Part shown: positions 8,600 to 15,867 of the stretch, piece by piece
How the letters are laid out: every line of letters starts with the position of its first letter
Position numbering within the stretch: the stretch's first letter is position 1
Virus record (IMG/VR): IMGVR_UViG_3300006875_000075
Location: 1-33,551 of that record
Strand: one strand, 5' to 3'
DNA: 33,551 nucleotides
Source: a virus
Taxonomy: Duplodnaviria > Caudoviricetes
Program-made: the position numbers and the translations under genes
The notes under the pieces: model-generated
What the model saw: only the letters and a program-made list of their open reading frames with translations
The model's database searches: none
What the model was told of the DNA's origin: nothing

Positions 8600-9499
8600 T
8601 TAGCGGAATCCTCCATTTTTAGTGGCATAAACTTGATAGCTCGATGCTGTAGTATTTGTTCCTCCTGTATAATGTATAAAGAATGAAACAAATTCTCTAT
8701 CATTTCCAGTTGAAGTGAGAGTAATTGTTGAACCAAAACTAACCAATGCTCTTGTTGTTATTCCAGCAACAGGCGCTCCATTTTCATATCCAACTATAGT
8801 AATATTTGTCCCTATACCTGTTGCTGTAGTAGTATTACCAGTTCCTGCAGAGTTTTGAGTTACTAATAACGTAATGGTAGAACCACTTGGGCGGTTAGTT
8901 TGAGCTGGCATATTTTTAAAAGAAACAATACCAATATTTGCCCCTGCTGGCATTGTATAAGTATACGTTGTTGCTTGCCTTACATCCATCTCAAGCACTA
9001 ACGCAGAACCGCTCAAATATGTGGTTGCCGTAGATACAGTCTCTATTACGCCACCAAATCTGGAATCTCCACCAACAACATGCAACTCTGAAGTTGGATT
9101 TGTGGTTCCAATACCAACATCACCTGTTGTATCTTTTACAACAAGTCTCCAATTACCAGATGTATTATCATAAATTCCACCACCAGATATAGAAGTATTA
9201 GCACCAAAAATATAACTTGAACCAGAAGTTGGTGTTACAATAAATGAAGGTGATGTAGTTCCAAGTGACCTCACATTTCCACCAAATACATCAAGTTTTG
9301 ATGAAGGATTAGTCGTACCAACTCCAACTGATCCAGAAATATAAGCATTACCAGTAACTTGAAGTCTTTGATTTAATGTCCCAGTTGATGATGCAGAACC
9401 TGCAAGAATAGGATTATTAGAAACTGTTAATCCTTTCGAAAAATTTGGTGCTCCGTTATCATCTTTATTTACAATAGTATCAACTTGTACTTTTGACAT
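8600..9499 (-). CDS. Short tail-fibre/adaptor protein (299 aa)
   Basis: VGIGTTNP repeats; C-terminal domain closely similar to that of 13037-13834. Confidence 0.8.
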   Translation of the reverse strand: MSKVQVDTIVNKDDNGAPNFSKGLTVSNNPILAGSASSTGTLNQRLQVTGNAYISGSVGVGTTNPSSKLDVFGGNVRSLGTTSPSFIVTPTSGSSYIFGANTSISGGGIYDNTSGNWRLVVKDTTGDVGIGTTNPTSELHVVGGDSRFGGVIETVSTATTYLSGSALVLEMDVRQATTYTYTMPAGANIGIVSFKNMPAQTNRPSGSTITLLVTQNSAGTGNTTTATGIGTNITIVGYENGAPVAGITTRALVSFGSTITLTSTGNDREFVSFFIHYTGGTNTTASSYQVYATKNGGFR

Positions 9500-9518
9500 C
9501 AGATTACAGTTTTTTTAA

Positions 9519-9526
9519 TATTTATA
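9519..9526 (-). promoter_or_regulatory. T4-type late promoter
   Basis: Exact TATAAATA about 20 nt upstream of the ATG at 9499. Confidence 0.75.
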
Positions 9527-9532
9527 TTACTC

Positions 9533-9937
9533 TCAAGGTATTGGAGAAGTTTCTAAAACCCATTCACCATTGTCTTCATCCCAACGATAGAATGAACGTG
9601 CTTCGATTTGTTCTTCTGTGAGAGTTGGTTTAGCAACTGGTGATTCCCAATCAAACGTAGAGTCATTCAGAACCCAAGATTCATATGGTTTAGGTGGAAT
9701 AAAAGCATCTAGAGTTTCGTTATAGGTATATCCAATACCAGCATAACGAACTCTAAAATTATTATTGTATGATGTTTTTACCCATCTATCTTCTAAAGAA
9801 TCGGGAATTGTTTCGTAAAGATGTTTATAAGCCCAGTCTTCATGCTCATTACCATTAATATCAGTAATCATTTCATTTGGAATGGGTGTTACATAAGTAA
9901 CAATATTATTTGAATTAATTCTTGCGTAGTGTGCCAT
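9533..9937 (-). CDS. Conserved phage protein of the MAHY/MAHF type (134 aa)
   Basis: MAHYARI...WVKTSYNNNFRVRYAGIGYTY...DAFIPPKPYESW. Paralogue of 14837-15247. Confidence 0.8.
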   Translation of the reverse strand: MAHYARINSNNIVTYVTPIPNEMITDINGNEHEDWAYKHLYETIPDSLEDRWVKTSYNNNFRVRYAGIGYTYNETLDAFIPPKPYESWVLNDSTFDWESPVAKPTLTEEQIEARSFYRWDEDNGEWVLETSPIP

Positions 9938-9950
9938 AATTTTATATACC

Positions 9951-10964
9951 CTATACTAAGTAACGAATGACGACAATACCGGAACCACCAGCTCCAGCTC
10001 TATTTGTTGGCGTGTTTGGATCTCCACCACATCCTCCTCCGCCTCCACCAGTATTGGCAGTTCCATCAGTTCCACTAACAGACCTTGCACCGCCAGCTCC
10101 GCCGCCAGCAAATGGTCCTCCAGGTCCACCACCAGGACCACCATTTCCGGCAAATATTCCCATAGCACCGCCACCGCCTCCAGCAAACCAACGACCTGAA
10201 GATGGACCGGGAGCACCATATGTAGGTGGAATACCAGCATCTGCAGAAAATCCAGATACTCCAATTCCACCATATCCTGCTGTTCCGGGAGTAACTCCCG
10301 GTCCAGGTTGTCCAGCACTTGAACCACCACCGCCACCGCCAGCATTTGTATAATTTGTAGAACCTCCATCCCCTCCTTGAGGTGGAGAAGTTGGTGGACT
10401 ATTACCAGAACCGCCTGGAGCGGTGGCTCCTCCACCACCAGTTCCTCCTCCACCACCAGATCCACCATTCCCACCAACATTTGATGGATGATATGGAGCT
10501 CCACCATAACCTCCGCCGGTAGAAGTTATTGCATTAAAAGTTGATGGATTGCCTGCTCCCCCTGGAGATCCTCCAGCAGGATTTAGCAATCCAGCAGGTC
10601 CTCCTGCTCCAACTGAAACTGGGTAAATGCCGGGTGTAATGGACATCGATCCTGTTCGATATCCTCCAGCACCACCCCCGCCTCCGCCTGCATATGATCC
10701 AGATATAGAAGCACCACCACCGCCGGCGCCGCCAGCAACTACGATATATTCTACAGTAACTGGGTTTCCTGCTGTAGTATTGACTAAAGTATCTGGACTT
10801 GTGAAAAAATGATACCTATAACCATTTCCTGGATTTGTAACAGTTCCTCCAGAAATGGTTACTCTACCTAATGTTTTAAAATAACTATTTTCAATTCTAG
10901 TAAAAACTCCACCATCGAAAATACTAGAAACTGCATACCCAACTCTTCCTGCATTGTTTCTCAT
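9951..10964 (-). CDS. Glycine-rich virion/adhesin-like protein (337 aa)
   Basis: GNGYRYHFFTSP, EYIVVAGGAGGGG, PPTSPPQG, GGSGIVVIRY. Confidence 0.8.
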   Translation of the reverse strand: MRNNAGRVGYAVSSIFDGGVFTRIENSYFKTLGRVTISGGTVTNPGNGYRYHFFTSPDTLVNTTAGNPVTVEYIVVAGGAGGGGASISGSYAGGGGGGAGGYRTGSMSITPGIYPVSVGAGGPAGLLNPAGGSPGGAGNPSTFNAITSTGGGYGGAPYHPSNVGGNGGSGGGGGTGGGGATAPGGSGNSPPTSPPQGGDGGSTNYTNAGGGGGGSSAGQPGPGVTPGTAGYGGIGVSGFSADAGIPPTYGAPGPSSGRWFAGGGGGAMGIFAGNGGPGGGPGGPFAGGGAGGARSVSGTDGTANTGGGGGGCGGDPNTPTNRAGAGGSGIVVIRYLV

Positions 10965-10991
10965 ATTTTTAAATCTCTCTTATGTTTAAAA

Positions 10992-11369
10992 TCACGAAAT
11001 AGCTTCATATGAAGCATAAACATCAACAGAATTTGTAAAGTTTGCATTTACTCCTATTGAACGATTCTCTTCAATATAAACTGGATTATCTTTACCAATC
11101 AATACTATTGAAGAACCACCAGGAATTGCAATAGACGAAGCCATAGAAACTGATGACCCAGTACCTGCAGCGCCACCAAATATTTTTACAGTAATTGCAG
11201 TTGTATTATTACTAGTTGTATTTGAAGCAACTAAAGTATTAAGTTTAAATACTTGATTACTAGATGCTGCATTTGAAATAAGAACATTATATGAGGTAGT
11301 GCTAACACCAGAAATAAAGGTAGAAACACCTGTAATAGTTGTGAGACCTGCAATATTTGGCGCTGCCAT
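10992..11369 (-). CDS. Small virion protein, putative connector (125 aa)
   Basis: MAAPNIAGLTTITG...LISNAASSNQVFKLN...YIEENRSI...SYEAIS. CATAAATA at 11391-11398. Confidence 0.75.
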   Translation of the reverse strand: MAAPNIAGLTTITGVSTFISGVSTTSYNVLISNAASSNQVFKLNTLVASNTTSNNTTAITVKIFGGAAGTGSSVSMASSIAIPGGSSIVLIGKDNPVYIEENRSIGVNANFTNSVDVYASYEAIS

Positions 11370-11404
11370 TTTCTATAAACCTTTTTGTAATATTTATGAG
11401 ATTA

Positions 11405-11584
11405 TCAACCACCAAAAACAATACTCATTGCTATTGCTTTATTATTTACGTTAATACCGGTAAGATTAGATCCAGATCCAACAAAACTTGTAGCAGTTAC
11501 AATACCAGTAACATTTAAAGAAGGAACAGTTGGTCCACCGGTTCCTAATCTATTTTTTATAGTATCTACATTTAACTGCGACAT
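11405..11584 (-). CDS. Mini fibre-like protein (59 aa), below the ORF-track cutoff
   Basis: MSQLNVDTIKNRLGTGGPTVPSLNVTGIVTATSFVGSGSNLTGINVNNKAIAMSIVFGG. N-terminus resembles 8600-9499 (MSKVQVDTIVN); C-terminal half resembles 4039-5046. Preceded by TATAAATA. Confidence 0.8.
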   Translation of the reverse strand: MSQLNVDTIKNRLGTGGPTVPSLNVTGIVTATSFVGSGSNLTGINVNNKAIAMSIVFGG

Positions 11585-11604
11585 CTTATTTGATACTTTT
11601 TAAT

Positions 11605-11612
11605 TATTTATA
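11605..11612 (-). promoter_or_regulatory. T4-type late promoter
   Basis: Exact TATAAATA 20 nt upstream of the ATG at 11584. Confidence 0.75.
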
Positions 11613-11999
11613 TTAAAACACATCATATGAAATTAAATGCTGTAGAGGTTTTATCTCATAGTCCCTATCAAATAGTTCATCAAAAAAAGAAATTTGTTCT
11701 CTGGACGTAGAACTAACAATAAAGTCTACATTAATAAAATCAAATATGATATTGTGATATTTTAAATTCTCTAGTTGTTGGATAATATTTTCCCTTTTGC
11801 TGCTATCAATTCTAGTAAAAATGTTTATAATATGTCCTTTATCATATAAAGAATTAACAGCCTTTAATCTACATGGATGAAATACTATTCTCTCATCATT
11901 TAAATAATTAATATTACATATAGACTCTAAATCTATAAGAATATTGTAAGTGTCTTTTACTAAATTATTTTCTTTTTGATAATTTTTAATTATAGACAT
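11613..11999 (-). CDS. Hypothetical protein, possibly a degenerate HAD-like phosphatase
   Basis: ILIDLESIC...VNSLYDKGHIINIFTR...LKYHNIIF resembles small HAD phosphatases but lacks an intact DxDGT. AT-rich. Confidence 0.5.
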   Translation of the reverse strand: MSIIKNYQKENNLVKDTYNILIDLESICNINYLNDERIVFHPCRLKAVNSLYDKGHIINIFTRIDSSKRENIIQQLENLKYHNIIFDFINVDFIVSSTSREQISFFDELFDRDYEIKPLQHLISYDVF

Positions 12000-13024
12000 T
12001 AATTATAATAATTAACTATTAAGACACCAGGAATTGCAGAATTTCCATATTGAGTTGGTACTGATGCCCAATATGGCGCAATTTGTGGATGATTTTTACC
12101 TGCACCTAAAGGATATGGACCTCCAACACCAGATCCACCCGGGTCTCCCATTCCAGTATAGTTTCTTTCAACTGCAGGTGATGGAACATAAAGTGGAGAT
12201 GACGTATTAATATACCCAGAACCTCCTCCACCTCCAGCAGAATTTCCTCCAGATGTGCTGTTCGATCCACCACCTCCTCCACCACCATAATATCCAGCTC
12301 CGCCTCCACCGCCACCATATGCCCACAGAGGACCAGCAGGGGCAGGAACAGAACTTCCATTACCACCAACTAATTGACCTCCATTAGTAGCAGTAGCTGG
12401 TGGAGATCCAGGTTGATTAAGTCCTCCTGCTCCACCCGAAACTTGACTTCCGCCTCCACCACCTGTTCCTGTTCCTGGTGTAGGTGCAGCGTCTGCTGTT
12501 GTTCCCCCACCATTACCACCAAGTCCACCACTATAACGATTTCCACCGCCAGCGCCTGCAACAATTAATGCAGTAGCTTGAGTTATTCCTGGAGCAGATG
12601 GAGTATTAAAAACTCCAGTTAAACCACCTCCACCGGCGCCACTATAAAGAGGTGCTGGTGGATAAGACGAATATCCAGAACCACCATATCCTATAGTTGG
12701 AGACCATCCTGCTCCGCCGGCAGCACCTGGACCAGCGGCTTGCCCAGCAGCACCAACTGCATATAAAAGAGTTGTTGTTGTTGGAATTGTAAATCTTGCA
12801 ACTGATATTCCCCCTTGCCCTCCACTTCCACTCGCAGTTGTTCCACCCCCTCCACCAACAGCAATAAATTCAACTTTAGAAGAAACTCTAGAAGAACTAG
12901 TGAACGGAGATGTAAAAACATCTGTAGATATTAATGCATTAAAACTCGTGTCAGAAACTCCAGAAGTTCTAGAAATCCAAAATCCACCCAGACTCTTTGC
13001 AATTCCAGTAAAAAATGGTGCCAT
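11999..13024 (-). CDS. Glycine-rich virion/adhesin-like protein (341 aa)
   Basis: EFIAVGGGGG, ALIVAGAGGG, GGGGAGYYGGGGG, GGGGSGY. Confidence 0.8.
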   Translation of the reverse strand: MAPFFTGIAKSLGGFWISRTSGVSDTSFNALISTDVFTSPFTSSSRVSSKVEFIAVGGGGGTTASGSGGQGGISVARFTIPTTTTLLYAVGAAGQAAGPGAAGGAGWSPTIGYGGSGYSSYPPAPLYSGAGGGGLTGVFNTPSAPGITQATALIVAGAGGGNRYSGGLGGNGGGTTADAAPTPGTGTGGGGGSQVSGGAGGLNQPGSPPATATNGGQLVGGNGSSVPAPAGPLWAYGGGGGGAGYYGGGGGGGSNSTSGGNSAGGGGGSGYINTSSPLYVPSPAVERNYTGMGDPGGSGVGGPYPLGAGKNHPQIAPYWASVPTQYGNSAIPGVLIVNYYN

Positions 13025-13036
13025 AATTACCTCCGA

Positions 13037-13834
13037 TCAAGGTCTAATATTACCAAGACGATATCCTGCATTATTTGCCCCGAAAACTCTATAATTTCCG
13101 GGAGTTTCTGTTCCAGATCCATTATAATGAATAGCAAGAGTTACAATATCAACATCACTTGCTGTTTGAGACAATGTAATTGTAGATGCAGACGAAACTC
13201 TTGCTGACGTACTAAATCCAGAAACTCCAAGAGGTGTAAGTGTAATATTAGTTCCTATACCTGTTGCTGCGGTAGTGTTACCAGTTCCAGAAGAGTTTTG
13301 TGTGAATAGAATAGTAAATGTTGTTACTGAATTTTTGGTTACTGGAAAATTTCTCAATGAAACAATACCAACGTTTCCATTTGATAAGTCATGAGTAAAA
13401 ACAGTTCCATTTTGTGCATTACATTCAAGAATAACTCTACCACCACCTAAATTGGATGTTGTTCCAGTCGAAACAGTTTCTATTGCACCTTTAATGTCAA
13501 TACCTTCACTGAAGGTAAACGAATCTGAATTATCCTGCCAAAGAATACTTTTATTTGTTGTTCCATAAATGACAATACCACCTCCATCGACACCAGCATC
13601 AGTTGGTGATGAAGTAGAACCAATACCTATAGTCTTATCTTTTACATCAAGAATATTTGTATTAATAATGGTTTTAGTACCATTAACCGTTAAATTTCCG
13701 GGGATAACAATAGTGTCACTAGAAGATCCAATAGTTGTTGCGGTCAAAACACCACTGACAACTGCACCATCAGGTAAATTCGGAGCACTTCCAGAGGTTC
13801 TTCCTCTTAAATTAGTAACTCTTAAATCTGACAT
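13037..13834 (-). CDS. Short tail-fibre/adaptor protein (265 aa)
   Basis: GNLTVNGTKTIINT..LDVKDKTI fibre motif. C-terminal domain shared with 8600-9499 (NxGIVS..N.P, TQNS.GTGNTT.ATGIGTNIT, IHY.G). Confidence 0.8.
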   Translation of the reverse strand: MSDLRVTNLRGRTSGSAPNLPDGAVVSGVLTATTIGSSSDTIVIPGNLTVNGTKTIINTNILDVKDKTIGIGSTSSPTDAGVDGGGIVIYGTTNKSILWQDNSDSFTFSEGIDIKGAIETVSTGTTSNLGGGRVILECNAQNGTVFTHDLSNGNVGIVSLRNFPVTKNSVTTFTILFTQNSSGTGNTTAATGIGTNITLTPLGVSGFSTSARVSSASTITLSQTASDVDIVTLAIHYNGSGTETPGNYRVFGANNAGYRLGNIRP

Positions 13835-14184
13835 CAGAGATCTCCTATTTGTAGAACATCAATTACCATAGTTTTACCTACACCTACGGTAACGCCAATA
13901 CCAGAAGCAATCGTAATATTTGGAACAACTGCTACAACGTAAGAATCATAGTTACCTGCATTGGTGGTATCAAACGTAATGCTTTGAGTTACAGTTGCAG
14001 CAGCAGCAACATAATTAAAAAGTCCATCAGCATCACCAGTTGGTTGCCCTACACCACCACCAACACCGGTAAGTTGAGAACCATCACCAGAAAATGATGA
14101 TGCAGTAACGATGCCAGTAAAACTTGCACCACCAGATACATTTCCTACAATATTACTGACTAATTGTACTTTTGTGGCGGACAT
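13834..14184 (-). CDS. Small fibre-like structural protein (116 aa)
   Basis: GIVTASSFSGDGSQLTG motif. AATAAATA at 14207-14214. Confidence 0.75.
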   Translation of the reverse strand: MSATKVQLVSNIVGNVSGGASFTGIVTASSFSGDGSQLTGVGGGVGQPTGDADGLFNYVAAAATVTQSITFDTTNAGNYDSYVVAVVPNITIASGIGVTVGVGKTMVIDVLQIGDL

Positions 14185-14209
14185 TTCTATCTTTATTTTA
14201 TATGTTTAT

Positions 14210-14734
14210 TTATTCAATTACATTTAGGAGAGCGTATTGTCCAAAGTATTCAAGTGCTTTTTTGTTATATGCAATTGCTGCTTCCTTTTCTGTTAAAAAA
14301 TATTCCGAATAAACGCATTTTCTTTCTACCATCAATCTAGACAACCATTTTTTTCTATTTTTTCTTCTAGAAACTCCCTTATATTTACTTGATGTTTTTC
14401 TTTTTGTCTTTTTTGCATTTCCTCCATTTTGAGAGTGCGTTGCTTTTCTAATATTAAAATTATTACCCCTGCCCGAAATATGGTCAATACAAAAATCTTG
14501 AGGATCTTCTCCTGTTTTCATGTAATATAATATTCTATGAGTTTTATAGTTTCTATCTTTATCGGTTCTTACTCCAACGTGATAGTAACCATAAGTATTA
14601 ATTCTTCCAGCAGTATCTCCTCTTTTGACAGAGTTTGATCTTGGATTTTTCCAAACAAGACCACTAGGAGATGTTTCACTAATTTCAAACAAGTGATTTA
14701 ACAACTCCAGTGGTGGGAGTGGATTGATTTTCAT
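14210..14734 (-). CDS. HNH endonuclease with C-terminal AP2-like DNA-binding domain (copy 1)
   Basis: YKTHRILY...IDHISG....FNIRKATHSQN, then SSKYKGVS...KKW...EKEAAIAYNKKALEYFG. Confidence 0.85.
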   Translation of the reverse strand: MKINPLPPLELLNHLFEISETSPSGLVWKNPRSNSVKRGDTAGRINTYGYYHVGVRTDKDRNYKTHRILYYMKTGEDPQDFCIDHISGRGNNFNIRKATHSQNGGNAKKTKRKTSSKYKGVSRRKNRKKWLSRLMVERKCVYSEYFLTEKEAAIAYNKKALEYFGQYALLNVIE

Positions 14735-14739
14735 TTTTG

Positions 14740-14767
14740 CTCTAGAACTACCGCATTATTATTTATA
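14740..14767 (-). promoter_or_regulatory. Late promoter TATAAATA (14760-14767) plus leader TGCGGTAGTTCTAGAG
   Basis: Exact late consensus. The leader is complementary to 14810-14823. Confidence 0.8.
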
Positions 14768-14768
14768 G

Positions 14769-14795
14769 TAAAAGAGGGTGCTTTAGAGGCACCCC
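14769..14795 (-). terminator. Intrinsic terminator
   Basis: GGGTGC-CTCTAAA-GCACCC followed by TCTTTT. Confidence 0.7.
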
Positions 14796-14826
14796 ATACC
14801 TGTAACGATTGCGGTAGTTTCAGGCG
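14769..14826 (-). ncRNA. Candidate small RNA 1 (stem-loop plus terminator) upstream of HNH-AP2 copy 1
   Basis: GATAAATA at 14831-14838, then CCTGAAAC-TACCGCAATC-GTTACAGG stem-loop, then terminator. No ORF. Ends are approximate. Confidence 0.5.
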
Positions 14827-14836
14827 TTATTATTTA

Positions 14837-15247
14837 TCATTCAGCAGGAGGTGCTGGTGGAGTTTCTAGAACCCATTCACCATTATCTTCATCCCAACGA
14901 TATAATGAACGTGAATCAATTTCTTCTTGGGTTAATGTTGGAGCGGGTCCAACTGGCGATTCCCAATCTGCTGTTGTTTCATTCAGAACCCAAGAAGCAA
15001 AAGGCTTGGGTGGTACAAAAGCGTCTAGTGCTTCATTGTAAGAATATCCAATACCTGCATAGCGAACTCTCATATTGTTATTGTATGAGGTCTGCTTCCA
15101 GTTAGTATCAGCACCCAGAAGTTTCTTACAGAAAGCAACTCCGATTTCTTCTACTTCGTTTCCGTTAACATCCGAAGTATCTTCGTTACTCACAATGATA
15201 ACTTGAGTAACAACGTTGTTTTCATCTAACATTGCAAAATGTGCCAA
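14837..15247 (-). CDS. Conserved phage protein of the MAHF type, probable TTG start
   Basis: AAGGAGGAAAGGAAC-TTG GCA CAT TTT GCA aligns with MAHYA of paralogue 9533-9937. The longer ORF-track start overlaps the HNH gene. Confidence 0.8.
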   Translation of the reverse strand: MAHFAMLDENNVVTQVIIVSNEDTSDVNGNEVEEIGVAFCKKLLGADTNWKQTSYNNNMRVRYAGIGYSYNEALDAFVPPKPFASWVLNETTADWESPVGPAPTLTQEEIDSRSLYRWDEDNGEWVLETPPAPPAE

Positions 15248-15263
15248 GTTCCTTTCCTCCTTA

Positions 15264-15749
15264 TTAATAAGATCCGTGGTTTGCAAAATCCTTGAAGTAT
15301 TTATTACGCATAGAAGTTGCAACTTGTTTTGCTTCTTCTAAGACGGTATAATGACCAAAACAGTGTTTTTTGCCGTTAATATGCATAGAAACTCTCCATT
15401 TATTCATAGATGAGTTCCAATAAACATTCTTCACACCCGACTTACTTGTAGAGTATATTCTACTATTCTGTCGATTTTGATAAGTATTTGCTTCTCTTAG
15501 GTTTTCTATTCGGTTGTCATAACGATCACCATTAATGTGATCTATTAACTTGGGCATATACCCTTTATGATATAAGAATATAATGCGATGGAGTTTATAG
15601 TTTTGACCATCAATACCTATTCTAACATATCTATGGTGTTTTGGGGAATAACAACCCATTTCTTTATTATCACTTCTTCGGAATAACTTTCCGTCTTCAT
15701 ACTTAAAAAGTTCCAGTGCTCTCTCCTGAGAGACCTCTAATCGTTTCAT
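15264..15749 (-). CDS. HNH endonuclease with AP2-like C-terminal domain (copy 2)
   Basis: YKLHRIIF...IDHINGDRYDNRIENLREANTYQN, then SKSGVKNVYW....KWRV...FGHY..LEEA. Confidence 0.9.
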   Translation of the reverse strand: MKRLEVSQERALELFKYEDGKLFRRSDNKEMGCYSPKHHRYVRIGIDGQNYKLHRIIFLYHKGYMPKLIDHINGDRYDNRIENLREANTYQNRQNSRIYSTSKSGVKNVYWNSSMNKWRVSMHINGKKHCFGHYTVLEEAKQVATSMRNKYFKDFANHGSY

Positions 15750-15753
15750 ACTA

Positions 15754-15781
15754 CTCTAAACAGGTGACAAATGTATTTATA
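15754..15781 (-). promoter_or_regulatory. Late promoter TATAAATA (15774-15781) plus leader TGTCACCTGTTTAGAG
   Basis: Exact late consensus. The leader is complementary to 15823-15836. Confidence 0.8.
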
Positions 15782-15783
15782 TT

Positions 15784-15804
15784 AAAAAGGAGCATTTCTG
15801 CTCC
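15784..15804 (-). terminator. Intrinsic terminator
   Basis: GGAGCA-GAAA-TGCTCC-TTTTT: GNRA loop and U-tract. Confidence 0.85.
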
Positions 15805-15860
15805 CTCCCTTTTCCTGAAGAGTGTCACCTGTTCAGGTCTTTTAGAACTTTAAAGTTCTG
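15784..15860 (-). ncRNA. Candidate small RNA 2 upstream of HNH-AP2 copy 2
   Basis: CATAAATA at 15865-15872, AGAACTTTAAAGTTCT palindrome, CCTGAA-CAGGTGACACTC-TTCAGG stem-loop, then terminator. Ends are approximate. Confidence 0.5.
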
Positions 15861-15867
15861 ATCATAT

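Noticed and set aside
14779-14791. 13-nt identity (TGCCTCTAAAGCA) between terminator 1 and the 5' end of tRNA-Thr (32158-32170)
   Set aside because: Some 13-mer matches are expected by chance in 33 kb, and the second cassette has no equivalent.
15248-15322. ORF-track N-terminal extension MQLLCV... of the 14837 gene
   Set aside because: It overlaps the HNH gene. Paralogue alignment and a strong RBS point to TTG at 15247.
14769-15860. Known RNA-guided systems (CRISPR, TIGR-Tas, IscB/TnpB/HEARO)
   Set aside because: There are single short stem-loops rather than arrays or long RNAs, and the proteins show only HNH plus AP2-like motifs with no RuvC or Nop domain recognisable by eye.
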